Shown piece by piece: positions 47,009 through 56,742 of a stretch of 64,000 nucleotides of DNA. The position numbers and the translations under genes were made by a program. This DNA is from Clostridia bacterium (lineage in GTDB: Bacteria; Bacillota; Clostridia; Oscillospirales; UBA644). Position 1 is the stretch's first letter, and each line of letters begins with the position of its first letter. Location of the stretch: assembly GCA_017621705.1 (NCBI GenBank), contig JAGASR010000002.1, positions 45,984 to 109,983 on the forward strand. Direction: 5' to 3'. The notes under the pieces were generated by a model. It saw only the letters and a program-made list of their open reading frames with translations. It searched no databases and had not been told where the DNA came from.

Positions 47009-48529
47009 ATGACTCAAGGTATTGCTATCGCCGCACTCGTTATTTTTGCGGCTGCTATGGTGGTAATCGGAATATTCTCGTCCAAGAAATCTACGACCTT
47101 GGACGGCTTTTTATTGGGCGGACGAAAAATAGGTGCGTGGTTATCTGCGTTTTCGTATGGTACGACTTATTTCTCGGCCGTTATTTTTATTGGTTATGCA
47201 GGTAAAAACGGTTGGGACGTCGGTCTCTCGGCTCTCTGGATCGGTGTCGGCAACGCTCTTCTGGGCGCTCTTTTGGCGTGGATATTCCTCGCTAACAGAA
47301 CGAGAAAGATGACCCGTAAACTCGATTCGAGAACGATGCCCGAATTCTTCTCTTCTCGTTACGACTGTAAAGGCATGAAGATCTACTCCGCAGTAATCAT
47401 CTTCATCTTTCTCGTTCCCTATGCTGCGACCGTTTATAAGGGCCTCGGCTCTCTCTTCGGTTCCATTTTCCCGAACGATATCCTCGGTATGTCTCCGACG
47501 ACCGTCTGCATGATTATCGTTGCGGTTCTCGCGGCTGTTTATCTCGTCCTCGGCGGCTATATCGCTTCTGCGATCAGTAATCTTATTCAGGGTGTTATTA
47601 TGATCGTCGGCGTTATCATTATGTGTATCGCTCTCGTCAATAATCCCAATGTCGGCGGTTTTGCAAACGCTATCGAATCTCTCAGCGAGATCGATCCGAA
47701 GCTCACAAGCGTTTTCGGCGGCAATAACTGGACTTTCCTTCTCTGGAATATCCTTCTTACCAGCTTCGGCACATGGGGTCTTCCTCAGATGGTTCATAAA
47801 TATTACGCTATCAAAGATGATCACGAAGTCAAAAAAGGTGCCGTCATCTCCACGATTTTCTGCATGGTTATCGGCTGCGGCGCATATTTCGCAGGCTCCC
47901 TCGGCAGATTCTTTATCGCTGCTAACGAAAACGGCGCTCCCGATCTCGCAGGCGGCTACGACAGCGTTGTTCCCACAATGCTCAATTCAGCATTTTCAAC
48001 GTCTTTCATGGGTAATATCCTCTTGAGCGTTATCCTTCTTTGCGTTCTTTCCGCATCAATGTCCACGCTCACTTCCATCGTTTTAACATCGTCCACCGCG
48101 ATCACGGTTGACCTTGCAGGCGTTTTCAGAAAAAACAAAGAGATCGACGCCATAAAGCAGATGCTTATAACACGAATCCTTTGCTTCGCATTTATCGGTC
48201 TTTCCCTCATCTTTGCGCTTTTCAATTTCTCGATAATCGTTTCGGTCATGTCTTTTTCCTGGGGCGTTGTCTCCGGCTGTTTCCTCGGTCCGTACTTCTG
48301 GGCTCTCTACTCCAAAAAGACTACCCGTGCAGGCGCTTGGAGCGGCCTTCTTTCGGGTATTACGGTCTTTGCGGTGTACTACATTCTTTCTCTCGCCGTT
48401 CCCGCTGTCAAGTTTGACGTTGCAATGTGCGGCGTTATCGCAATGGCGGTATCGTTCGTTATCGTCCCCGTCGTAAGCTCGTTTACAAAACAGCTTCCCG
48501 AAGAAACTATCGCAAAATCTTTTGACTAA
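47009..48529 (+). CDS. Sodium:solute symporter (SSS family)
   Basis: 506 aa with about 13 hydrophobic segments. The start ...FLLGGRKIGAWLSAFSYGTTYFSAVIFIGYAG... is typical of SSS (PutP/PanF-like). Substrate cannot be called. Confidence 0.75.
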   Translation: MTQGIAIAALVIFAAAMVVIGIFSSKKSTTLDGFLLGGRKIGAWLSAFSYGTTYFSAVIFIGYAGKNGWDVGLSALWIGVGNALLGALLAWIFLANRTRKMTRKLDSRTMPEFFSSRYDCKGMKIYSAVIIFIFLVPYAATVYKGLGSLFGSIFPNDILGMSPTTVCMIIVAVLAAVYLVLGGYIASAISNLIQGVIMIVGVIIMCIALVNNPNVGGFANAIESLSEIDPKLTSVFGGNNWTFLLWNILLTSFGTWGLPQMVHKYYAIKDDHEVKKGAVISTIFCMVIGCGAYFAGSLGRFFIAANENGAPDLAGGYDSVVPTMLNSAFSTSFMGNILLSVILLCVLSASMSTLTSIVLTSSTAITVDLAGVFRKNKEIDAIKQMLITRILCFAFIGLSLIFALFNFSIIVSVMSFSWGVVSGCFLGPYFWALYSKKTTRAGAWSGLLSGITVFAVYYILSLAVPAVKFDVAMCGVIAMAVSFVIVPVVSSFTKQLPEETIAKSFD

Positions 48530-48546
48530 AATATTTGTTTAACGTA

Positions 48547-48580
48547 AAATGGCTCACTTTCAGTGGGCCATTTTTGTATA
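48547..48580 (+). terminator. Intrinsic terminator
   Basis: AAATGGCTCACT-ttc-AGTGGGCCATTT followed by TTGT. Confidence 0.75.
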
Positions 48581-48624
48581 TCGTAAATTTTTCCGCATAT
48601 ATTTTTGAGTAAAAAGAATTATAT

Positions 48625-50214
48625 GTGGTGATCGCTATAAAAAATATCTTTCGGAACCGATTTGCAAAAGATCTGATCGTTTATACTCTTTCGTCCGTTA
48701 TTTTAAGCCTGATGTCGACCGTTTTCCGTGTCTGGATCTCAAATAAGGTCGGCTCGGAGGGCATGGGGCTTTATTCTCTCGTCTATTCCGTCTATCTTCC
48801 TGCTTGTACGCTCGCCGTTTCCTGCGTAAATATTGCATCGACCCGTCTCGTTACCGAAGCCGTCGCAAAAAATAAAACGGGTACAATCCGCGGAATAATC
48901 ACCCGTTGCTTTATATATTCCGCTCTTTTCGGTTCGCTTTCGTGCGCGCTTGTCTGGTTCTTTGCCGAACCCATAAGCCTTTACTGGATCGAAGACCCTG
49001 CGGCGATCGTTCCGCTTCGCGTTATCTGCTTCGGCCTTCCGTGTCTTTCGATCGCATCGGGGCTTCACGGCGCTTTTACGGCTCTTCGAAAGATCTCAAA
49101 ATCAATTATCGTTCAGGTTACGGAGGACGTGACGAAGATCCTCGTCATGTTCTTTCTCGTGACTGTATTTTACGGCGACAGACTCTCCGATAATATCGTC
49201 AACGGTGTTGTCAGCCTTGTCGCAGGTTCTGCCGCAGGGGAGACGGTCTCGTGCATCGTTGCCGTTATCCTTTATTCCTTTGAAAAACGCAATTTCAAGC
49301 CCGAAACAGAGTGTTCGGATGGAAAAATAACGAAAAAACTTCTCTCGATCTCTCTTCCGTCCGCATTCAGTGCTTATATACGCTCGGGGCTTGCTATGTT
49401 CGAAAGTCTCATGGTTCCCGTCGGTTTTCGTAAATACGGTATGACCGAACCGCAGGCGCTCTCTGTTCTCGGCATGTTTAAAGGCATGGTTACTCCGGTG
49501 ATATTTTTTCCGGCGACTCTCATCGGCTCTTTTTCGAGGCTGATCGTTCCCGAAATGGCTGAAGCGTATGAAAAGCAGGATAGAAAAAAGATCGAGGCGG
49601 TAGCCGTTCGTTCCGTCAAAGCAACGCTCGTTTTCTCGTTTTTCGTCATGTGCGTCTTCCTCTTCTTTGCCGATCCTCTCGGAAAAACGCTCTATTCCTC
49701 GACCGAAGCCTCTGCGTATATCCGCCTGCTCGCGCCGCTCGTTCCGCTGATGTATCTTGATAACGTCGTCGATTCTCTCCTCAAAGGTCTCAACGGGCAG
49801 GTCACGACCATGAAAATAAATATCGTCGATTCTATCGTACGTGTTCTATTAGTCGTCTTTTTATTGCCCAAAACTGGGTTTGACGGCTACCTTTTCGTCA
49901 CCTACATCAGCACTCTGCTCAACGGAACGCTCTCTATCAACCGTTTTCTGAAGATCTCAAAAATCAAAGTTCCCATTGCGGAGGTCATCTTTTTTCCGCT
50001 TCTTTCTTCGTTTACGGCTGTTCTCGCCCCGTTCGTCTTTTTCATGATCGTTGCCCCTGCGTCACCCGTATTTTTGAAAATAACCGTATGTGCTCTCGTC
50101 TATGCCCTGATCGTCTGGTTTGACGATATACGAAACTTACTGAAAAAGTACTTGACAAAAATGCCGAAAAGTGGTAGAATAGCAACTAATATTCAGGCAC
50201 CGAGCGGCAAATAA
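48625..50214 (+). CDS. MOP-superfamily polysaccharide/lipid II flippase, SpoVB-like
   Basis: 529 aa, polytopic, GTG start. The N-terminal pattern ...VFRVWISNKVGSEGMGLYSLVYSVY... resembles SpoVB/MurJ-like proteins. Confidence 0.6.
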   Translation: MVIAIKNIFRNRFAKDLIVYTLSSVILSLMSTVFRVWISNKVGSEGMGLYSLVYSVYLPACTLAVSCVNIASTRLVTEAVAKNKTGTIRGIITRCFIYSALFGSLSCALVWFFAEPISLYWIEDPAAIVPLRVICFGLPCLSIASGLHGAFTALRKISKSIIVQVTEDVTKILVMFFLVTVFYGDRLSDNIVNGVVSLVAGSAAGETVSCIVAVILYSFEKRNFKPETECSDGKITKKLLSISLPSAFSAYIRSGLAMFESLMVPVGFRKYGMTEPQALSVLGMFKGMVTPVIFFPATLIGSFSRLIVPEMAEAYEKQDRKKIEAVAVRSVKATLVFSFFVMCVFLFFADPLGKTLYSSTEASAYIRLLAPLVPLMYLDNVVDSLLKGLNGQVTTMKINIVDSIVRVLLVVFLLPKTGFDGYLFVTYISTLLNGTLSINRFLKISKIKVPIAEVIFFPLLSSFTAVLAPFVFFMIVAPASPVFLKITVCALVYALIVWFDDIRNLLKKYLTKMPKSGRIATNIQAPSGK

Positions 50215-50239
50215 TTTAAATTTCATATATTGATCGTGA

Positions 50240-50272
50240 TACGGGGTTGAATTCTCCGTATCATTTTGCTTT
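50240..50272 (+). terminator. Intrinsic terminator
   Basis: TGATACGG-ggttgaattct-CCGTATCA followed by TTTTGCTTT. Confidence 0.6.
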
Positions 50273-50295
50273 CAGGTGCGAAAAAGGGGATTTTT

Positions 50296-51099
50296 ATGCA
50301 GATACTTCTTTCAACAGGCACTTTCATCGGCAGGGTCAACGGCAGAAACCATGCTCTTCTGACTGAACACCACAGCGAATTCGATTGCGACGGCTTTGAA
50401 TTCATGATCTTTCCCGATTTTTACGATAATGCCGAAAATATAACCGAAAGCTACCGCCGCGCCGAACTGAATATCCCCGTCATGCATTTCGATAAAGATA
50501 TCGGCGGAGATATCGGCTCAGAAAATAAGGAAGATTACGCCCATGGTCTTTCTCTCCTCGCCGAAAACCTTAAAGCCGCAAAGATACTCGGAACTAAAAA
50601 AGCCGTAATTCACCTCTGGGGCAGAAAAGACAGCGATAAATATACCGACCTCATCTACTCACGCGCGGGCGAGGTCATGGATATCTGCCTCGACAGCGGT
50701 GTCACTCCTGTTTTTGAAAATATCTTCTGCTGTGTCTTGTCTCCGCTTTATCATCTCGAAAATCTTGCGGAAAAATATCCGAATATGCAGTTTATTATCG
50801 ACAGTCGCCCTGCGCAGTTTCACGGTGAGCTTGAAAAAACGCTTAAAAGCCCGATCATGAAGAATGTCTCACATCTTCACATCAATGACTACGCCGGAAG
50901 TTATCTCGAATGGGATAAAATAAACCCGATCCCCCAGCCGCTCAAAGGCAATATCGATTGGGCTCTGTTCTTCTCATCGCTTAAAGCTCTCGGTTATGAT
51001 AATACGGTAACGCTCGAAGCTCCCGCGCATCTTCCCGTCGGCGTCGATTCTGAAACTTTAAACGGAAGCCTACATTTTATTAGAAGGAACCTTGAATGA
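50296..51099 (+). CDS. Sugar phosphate isomerase/epimerase (xylose isomerase-like TIM barrel)
   Basis: Start at ATG 50296 with an AAAGGGGA SD. The pattern ...AKILGTKKAVIHLWG...PVFENI...HINDY... resembles the AP_endonuc_2 fold. Confidence 0.5.
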   Translation: MQILLSTGTFIGRVNGRNHALLTEHHSEFDCDGFEFMIFPDFYDNAENITESYRRAELNIPVMHFDKDIGGDIGSENKEDYAHGLSLLAENLKAAKILGTKKAVIHLWGRKDSDKYTDLIYSRAGEVMDICLDSGVTPVFENIFCCVLSPLYHLENLAEKYPNMQFIIDSRPAQFHGELEKTLKSPIMKNVSHLHINDYAGSYLEWDKINPIPQPLKGNIDWALFFSSLKALGYDNTVTLEAPAHLPVGVDSETLNGSLHFIRRNLE

Positions 51100-51596
51100 A
51101 GAAAATTGAAATGAACAAAGAAATCAATGTTAATGTACGTTTTGCCGAATCCCGTGATATCCCAAAGATCTTAGATCTGCTCTCTCAGGTCCTGCAGATC
51201 CATGCAAACGGACGTCCCGATATTTTTAAGTACAATATCACTAAATATAACGAAACAGAGCTTGAAGAAATTCTCGAGGATGAAACCCGTCCTATTTTTG
51301 TCGCAGAGGCTGACGGCGAGGTTTGCGGCTATGTTTTCGGTATTCTTCAATGTCCTATCGGAAAATCTGTTCTGAACCCGATAAAAACGCTTTATATAGA
51401 CGATTTCTGCGTCGATGAAAACTGTCGTGGCGCTAAGATCGGAACAAAACTTTTTGAATACGTTAAAGCGTTTGCAAAAGAAAAAAATTGCTATAATATA
51501 ACGCTCAATGTCTGGTCGTTCAACGAATCGGCAATGAAATTTTACGAGTCGCTCGGCATGAAACCGCAACGCGAATATAAGGAGTTTATTTTATAA
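51096..51596 (+). CDS. GNAT family N-acetyltransferase
   Basis: 166 aa. LYIDDFCVDENCRGAKIGTKLFEYVKAFAKEKNCYNITLNVWSFNESAMKFYESLGM contains the acetyl-CoA motif A. There is a 4-nt ATGA overlap with the upstream gene. Confidence 0.85.
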   Translation: MKKIEMNKEINVNVRFAESRDIPKILDLLSQVLQIHANGRPDIFKYNITKYNETELEEILEDETRPIFVAEADGEVCGYVFGILQCPIGKSVLNPIKTLYIDDFCVDENCRGAKIGTKLFEYVKAFAKEKNCYNITLNVWSFNESAMKFYESLGMKPQREYKEFIL

Positions 51597-52168
51597 TGGA
51601 ACATAAAGGCACGGTCCGTCTCGAAAGCGACAGACTTATTTTGCGGAGATTTGAACAATCCGATGCTGTCGCAATGTTCGAAAACTGGGCGACAGATCCG
51701 TTGACAACGAAATATCTGACCTGGGAACCGCATCAGTCTGTTATGACGACTGCGGAATTTATCTCCGGCATCATAACTCTTTACGATAACCCGATGAATT
51801 ATAACTGGGTCATCGAGTTGAAGTCCGAAAAAACCGTTATCGGAAATATAAATTTCCATTCGATCTCAAACCGCAACGAACGTGTCGAACTCGGCTTCTG
51901 CATGGGTTCGCGCTGGTGGAACAAAGGGCTTATGACCGAGGCGGTCGGAACGGCGATCAGATTTGCGTTCGAACAGCTCGGCGCATATAAAGTCTGCGCG
52001 GAATATCAGGAAGAAAACGTCGCATCGGGCAAAGTCATGATGAAAAACAAGATGATCTTCGAGGGCAGGCTCCGCAGTCATCTCAAAAATAAAAAAGGCA
52101 CTTTTTCCGATGTTCTTTATTACGGAATACTGCGAGATGAGTGGCTGGAGTTGAATAAAAATGGCTGA
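51596..52168 (+). CDS. GNAT acetyltransferase, RimJ/RimL-like
   Basis: 190 aa. RLILRRFEQSDAVAMFENWATDP...ELGFCMGSRWWNKGLMTEAV matches the Acetyltransf_3 pattern. Confidence 0.8.
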   Translation: MEHKGTVRLESDRLILRRFEQSDAVAMFENWATDPLTTKYLTWEPHQSVMTTAEFISGIITLYDNPMNYNWVIELKSEKTVIGNINFHSISNRNERVELGFCMGSRWWNKGLMTEAVGTAIRFAFEQLGAYKVCAEYQEENVASGKVMMKNKMIFEGRLRSHLKNKKGTFSDVLYYGILRDEWLELNKNG

Positions 52169-52616
52169 AGATTGCAGTGTTAAGACTGAAAACGCCGCTT
52201 TTGGCTATCGAACAGCCGGTGTTCTGATTAAAAACGGGAAAATCCTGCTTCAACTTGAACGTAACGGCGACGAATACGCTGTTCCTGGCGGTCATGTTAA
52301 GCTCGGCGAACGCTCCGACGATGCTCTGAAACGTGAATTTTTTGAGGAAACAGGCTCGGAGATATCGTGCGATCGCCTTGCTTTTGTCGAGGAATCTTTC
52401 TTTGAATACGGCAATCGAATGAATCATGTCCTCTGCCTTTATTATTTTGTTTCAACATCCACCGATATTCCGCATCTTTCCTGTCAAAAAGATAATGAGA
52501 ACATCGTTTTTGAATGGTTTGATATCGAAAAATTGCCGGCGATCACGGTCTATCCGACGTGTCTTTACGAAAAACTCACGGATATCAAACCTTACCCCGA
52601 ACATTTTATATCATAA
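52161..52616 (+). CDS. NUDIX hydrolase
   Basis: The Nudix box is GGHVKLGERSDDALKREFFEETG. Confidence 0.8.
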   Translation: MAEDCSVKTENAAFGYRTAGVLIKNGKILLQLERNGDEYAVPGGHVKLGERSDDALKREFFEETGSEISCDRLAFVEESFFEYGNRMNHVLCLYYFVSTSTDIPHLSCQKDNENIVFEWFDIEKLPAITVYPTCLYEKLTDIKPYPEHFIS

Positions 52617-52665
52617 AAACAGAGCAAGAATAGAAGGATCTCTCCTTTTACTCTTGCTTTTTGTT

Positions 52666-53139
52666 TTATTCAATTTCTTTCAACAGCGTTTCGAGAACGA
52701 TATCTGCGGTCTTGTTTCGTATTTCGTCGCGAGTTCCCGAAAGGATGAGCTTTTTCGTTATCTGTCTGTCGTTTTCCTTAAAATAGATCGACATATAAAC
52801 GAGCCCCACGGGTTTTTCATCCGTTCCGCCGCCCGGGCCTGCAATTCCCGTCGTTGCAGTCGCAATATCCGCATTCGCCGCCGCGCAAACGCCTCTTGCC
52901 ATCGCTTCCGCAGTCTCGAAAGAAACCGCGCCGACAGTCTCGAGAATTTCGTTCGGAACGCCGAGAAATCTGTGCTTTATCTCGTTCGCGTAGGAAACGA
53001 TGCCCATGTCAAACATTGCAGATGAGCCGGGAACGTCCGTTATAAGCTTTGCAATAAGCCCACCCGTGCAGGATTCCGCAGTTGCGAGCTTCAAGCCTTT
53101 ATTCGTCAGTATTTGTACGATCTTTTCTTGAGGGAGCAT
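52666..53139 (-). CDS. pncC: CinA C-terminal domain / nicotinamide-nucleotide amidohydrolase
   Basis: LATAESCTGGLIAKLITDVPGSS...GVSFETAEAMA...ATTGIAGPGGG are canonical CinA_C motifs. The 5' end overlaps the thiI 3' end by 41 nt. Confidence 0.85.
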   Translation of the reverse strand: MLPQEKIVQILTNKGLKLATAESCTGGLIAKLITDVPGSSAMFDMGIVSYANEIKHRFLGVPNEILETVGAVSFETAEAMARGVCAAANADIATATTGIAGPGGGTDEKPVGLVYMSIYFKENDRQITKKLILSGTRDEIRNKTADIVLETLLKEIE

Positions 53140-54304
53140 AGAGAGTTACCTTTTCGATTTTGTCCTGAATTCCTGCAAGAAGAGCCTCTTCATCGAGCGG
53201 CGCTTCTGCCTTTTCTATTGTTTCAAGAGACGGATTTGTCTTCGGATGACGCGGAGTGAATACCGTGCAGCAGTCCTCAAAGGGCAGAGATGACGTCTCA
53301 AACGTGTCTATCTGTCTTGCGAGATTAATAATATCCTGCTTATCCGTTCCGATAAACGGTCTGAAAACGGGGTAGGATGCGACCGAATCCGTGCATCTGA
53401 TCGCGCCGAGAGTCTGCGATGCAACCTGACCGAGGCTTTCACCCGTTATCAGTGCGCCTGCATCGATCCTTTCCGCAAGTCCGCACGCAATCTTTATCAT
53501 ATAACGTCTCATGATGACCGTAAAACAGTCTTCCTGGCACTGATCTTTTATCGCTTCCTGAATTTCCGTAAACGGCACGATATAAAGGTCTATCTGACCG
53601 GCGTAAACGCAAAGTTTCTGCGCAAGGGTAATGACTTTTTCTTTTGCTCTGTCGCTTGTGTACGGCGGAGATTCAAAGTGGATCGCAGAGATCTTCAAGC
53701 CTCTTTTTGCCATAACGTAGCCTGCAACGGGGCTGTCGATACCGCCCGAAAGCATCAGAAGACCGTGGCCGCCCGTTCCCGCAGGAAGACCGCCCGCGCC
53801 TTTTTCGGGGTTGCCGTGGATGAAAACGCTGCCCTCGCGAACCTCTGCGTAGACGGTTATGTCGGGCTCTTTTACGTTAACGGTAAGATGCGGAAATCTG
53901 TCGAGAATATATTCGCCGAGCTGTTCCATGATCTGCGGAGAGTTGAGAGGATAGCCCTTATCTGCTCTTTTTGCGTTGACTTTGAACGTCTTCGCTCTCA
54001 GGAGTTTCGCTTCGAGATAGTCGCCTGCCATCTGCTTGACCTGCTCAAAATCGAGCGGACACTGTATTGCGCGGCAAACGGAAACGATGCCGAAGATCTT
54101 TTTGCAGGCTTCGTATGCGCCGTCAAAATCCGCATCTTCACCCTCGACCTGAACAAAGATCGTCGACTGCTTATCGCTTACGATCGGTTTGCCGTACGGC
54201 CAGACCGCGCGCTTAACGTTTTTTACGAGATTGCTCTCAAATCTGTGTCGGTTAAGCCCTTTTAAAACGACTTCGCCGAGCTTGAGAAGGATAATTTCAT
54301 TCAT
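53099..54304 (-). CDS. thiI: tRNA 4-thiouridine(8) synthase
   Basis: 401 aa. A THUMP-type N-terminus (IILLKLGEVVLKGLNR) plus the PP-loop LSGGIDSPVAGY. Confidence 0.9.
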   Translation of the reverse strand: MNEIILLKLGEVVLKGLNRHRFESNLVKNVKRAVWPYGKPIVSDKQSTIFVQVEGEDADFDGAYEACKKIFGIVSVCRAIQCPLDFEQVKQMAGDYLEAKLLRAKTFKVNAKRADKGYPLNSPQIMEQLGEYILDRFPHLTVNVKEPDITVYAEVREGSVFIHGNPEKGAGGLPAGTGGHGLLMLSGGIDSPVAGYVMAKRGLKISAIHFESPPYTSDRAKEKVITLAQKLCVYAGQIDLYIVPFTEIQEAIKDQCQEDCFTVIMRRYMIKIACGLAERIDAGALITGESLGQVASQTLGAIRCTDSVASYPVFRPFIGTDKQDIINLARQIDTFETSSLPFEDCCTVFTPRHPKTNPSLETIEKAEAPLDEEALLAGIQDKIEKVTLYAPSRKDRTNTDE

Positions 54305-54322
54305 ATCTTCAACCTATATCTT

Positions 54323-55438
54323 TCATTCTTGTTTATTTCTTTTTTTAAGTGTGTTTAACGCTTCTTCCGTTGCCGCGAAAAATGCGTCCGTATCCTGCTT
54401 TGTCGTGTCATCGCAAAATGAAATACGAAGAGCGGACTGCGAATATTTCTCAAGCCCGAGAGCCGAGTATGTCGCACTCGCCTTTTTTGACGAGCACGCA
54501 GAGCCTGTCGAAACGTAGATCTCTTTCTTTTCGAGAAAATGGACGATATTTTCGGAAATATATCCCGGGAATGCCACCGTCAGAATATGCGCCAATGAAT
54601 TTTCGGGCGAGATCATTTCCGCACCAAGTGAAAGAAGCTTTTCTGCAAGCTCTTTTTTTATCTCGCCGAGCGCTTCGTTTCTTTTTGAAACCGAGCCCGA
54701 AAGTTCTTTTATCGCCGCCGACCAGCCTGCCATAGCAGGGACATTTTCCGTTCCGCAGAAAAGACCTTTTTCCTGACCGCCGCCGAAAATTACGGGTTTT
54801 AAGCGCACTCCTTTTTTGACGTACAGCGCACCGAGGCCTTTCGGAGCCCCCGTTTTATGCGCTGAAAAAGATGCCATGTCGCAAAAAGAATAGACACCTT
54901 TTTCTTTTAAGAAACCCTGAACCGCATCCGTGTGGAAAACCGCATCGGAATAGTCTTTCGTTATTTTCGCAAGGTCTTTTATCGGGTTTACGGCGCCCGT
55001 TTCGTTGTTTACGTGCATGATGCTGACGAGCTGAGTGTCTGCAGTAAGCGCTTTTTTTAGACTGTCGGGCGTTATGATCCCGTCTTCGGGCTTCAGATAA
55101 ACGACTTCGAACTTCGTTGAGAGGGCTTTGAAACATTCGAGAACCGCAGGATGTTCGTATGCCGAAGTTATTATTCTTCCGCCCTTTTTATTCTGGAGAT
55201 AACCGAAGATCGCAAGGTTGTCGGCACCCGTTCCGCCCGAGGTGAAAATTATTTCTTCTGGTAAAACGCCTGCCGCGCCTGCAACCGTTTTTCTTGCATC
55301 TTCACGTATTTTTTCGGCTTCGTAACCGAAAGAGTGGAGCGATGAGGGGTTCGAAAAAGTTCCCGTCATCGCATCAAATGCCGCTTTTGCGGCGCAGGGG
55401 AGGACTTTCGTCGTCGCCGCGCTGTCAAGATAAATCAT
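54323..55438 (-). CDS. Cysteine desulfurase (class V aminotransferase, NifS/NifZ-like)
   Basis: PLP-binding Lys in SFSAHKTGAPKG and catalytic Cys loop STGSACSS. Paired with thiI as in B. subtilis nifZ-thiI. Confidence 0.85.
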   Translation of the reverse strand: MIYLDSAATTKVLPCAAKAAFDAMTGTFSNPSSLHSFGYEAEKIREDARKTVAGAAGVLPEEIIFTSGGTGADNLAIFGYLQNKKGGRIITSAYEHPAVLECFKALSTKFEVVYLKPEDGIITPDSLKKALTADTQLVSIMHVNNETGAVNPIKDLAKITKDYSDAVFHTDAVQGFLKEKGVYSFCDMASFSAHKTGAPKGLGALYVKKGVRLKPVIFGGGQEKGLFCGTENVPAMAGWSAAIKELSGSVSKRNEALGEIKKELAEKLLSLGAEMISPENSLAHILTVAFPGYISENIVHFLEKKEIYVSTGSACSSKKASATYSALGLEKYSQSALRISFCDDTTKQDTDAFFAATEEALNTLKKRNKQE

Positions 55439-56728
55439 TTATTCGTCGCCCTCGCTGTCTTCAAACTCACTGCCGAGAATTGCTTTTGCCGATTCGTCGG
55501 AAAGTGTTTCAACGCTCTTGAGTTTACGCATCATGACGCGAGTGCGCACGCCGATAAGGTCATTGAGGTCGTTATCTGCCGATGCGAATTTTTTCTTGAC
55601 GGATGTGAGAACTTTGTCGAAGTGACCGAATTCCGTCTTGACTGCGCCGAGAATATTCCAGACTTCATGCGATCTTTTTTCGATCGCGAGTGTGCGGAAT
55701 CCCATCTGCAGGCTGTTTAAAAATGCCGAGATCGTTGACGGTCCGCATACGTTTACGGAAAAATCCGTCGCCAGCGCTTCGATCAGCCCCGTGCGGCGCA
55801 CAACTTCCGCATAAAGTCCTTCCGTCGGCAGAAACATTACCGCAAAATCGGTCGTGTTCGGCGGATCTATGTATTTATCATGAATATCTTTTGCGTTTTT
55901 CTTTATCGCAAGCTCGAAAATTTTGCCTGTGGATTCAACCTGCGCAGGATCGCCCGAATCGTATGCATCAAGCAAAGCGTTATAGACATCAAGCGGAAAT
56001 TTCGCATCGAGCGGCAGATAAACGGGTTCGTCATATTCGCTCTTTCCGGGGAGTTTTACCGCGAATTCAACAACATCGCGGCTGTTTTTCTTCGTTGCGA
56101 AATTCGTGACGTACTGATCGGTCGTCAGTATCTGCTCAAGAATTCTCGAGAGCTGAACTTCGCCGAAAACACCTCTTGTCTTTACGTTTGAAAGTATCTT
56201 TTTCAGGTCGCCGACACCCGATGCCAGAGTCTGCATTTCGCCGAGGCTCTTGTGAACCTGCTCAAGCTGGGTGCCGACAAGCTTGAAGGATTCGGTTACA
56301 CGTTCGTTCAAAGTCTTCTGGAGCTTTTCGTCAACGGTCGTTCTGATCTCTTCGAGCTTTTTCTGATTATCTTCCTGCATCTGACGGACGTTTCTGTCGA
56401 GAGTTGCACGTACGGCTTCGAGACGTTCGTCCTGATTTTTACGAAGACTTTCCATTCTCGTATCGAGACTTGCGGAGAGGGTCGAGACCTGCTCACCGTA
56501 AAGGCGGAGCGAAGACTGAAGGATCTCGCCGTTCGTCTTTATACCGTCGTTTACGGCGGAAAGTGCATCGGATTTTATCGAGGAGATCTCTTTTTTTGTC
56601 TCATTCGTCTCATCTTTTATTTCTTCGATCTCTTTTTTGACCGATGAGAGCGCCATGAGGCTGATTATTGCTGTGATGATCGCCGCCGCTGCCGCCACCG
56701 CACATAAAATTATAATTACTGTATCCAT
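55439..56728 (-). CDS. rmuC: DNA recombination protein RmuC
   Basis: N-terminal TM segment, a long coiled coil, and a C-terminal RmuC nuclease-like region (FAVMFLPTEGLYAEV). Its stop codon abuts the ATG of the next gene. Confidence 0.85.
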   Translation of the reverse strand: MDTVIIILCAVAAAAAIITAIISLMALSSVKKEIEEIKDETNETKKEISSIKSDALSAVNDGIKTNGEILQSSLRLYGEQVSTLSASLDTRMESLRKNQDERLEAVRATLDRNVRQMQEDNQKKLEEIRTTVDEKLQKTLNERVTESFKLVGTQLEQVHKSLGEMQTLASGVGDLKKILSNVKTRGVFGEVQLSRILEQILTTDQYVTNFATKKNSRDVVEFAVKLPGKSEYDEPVYLPLDAKFPLDVYNALLDAYDSGDPAQVESTGKIFELAIKKNAKDIHDKYIDPPNTTDFAVMFLPTEGLYAEVVRRTGLIEALATDFSVNVCGPSTISAFLNSLQMGFRTLAIEKRSHEVWNILGAVKTEFGHFDKVLTSVKKKFASADNDLNDLIGVRTRVMMRKLKSVETLSDESAKAILGSEFEDSEGDE

Positions 56729-56742
56729 TTATTTTTCCTTGT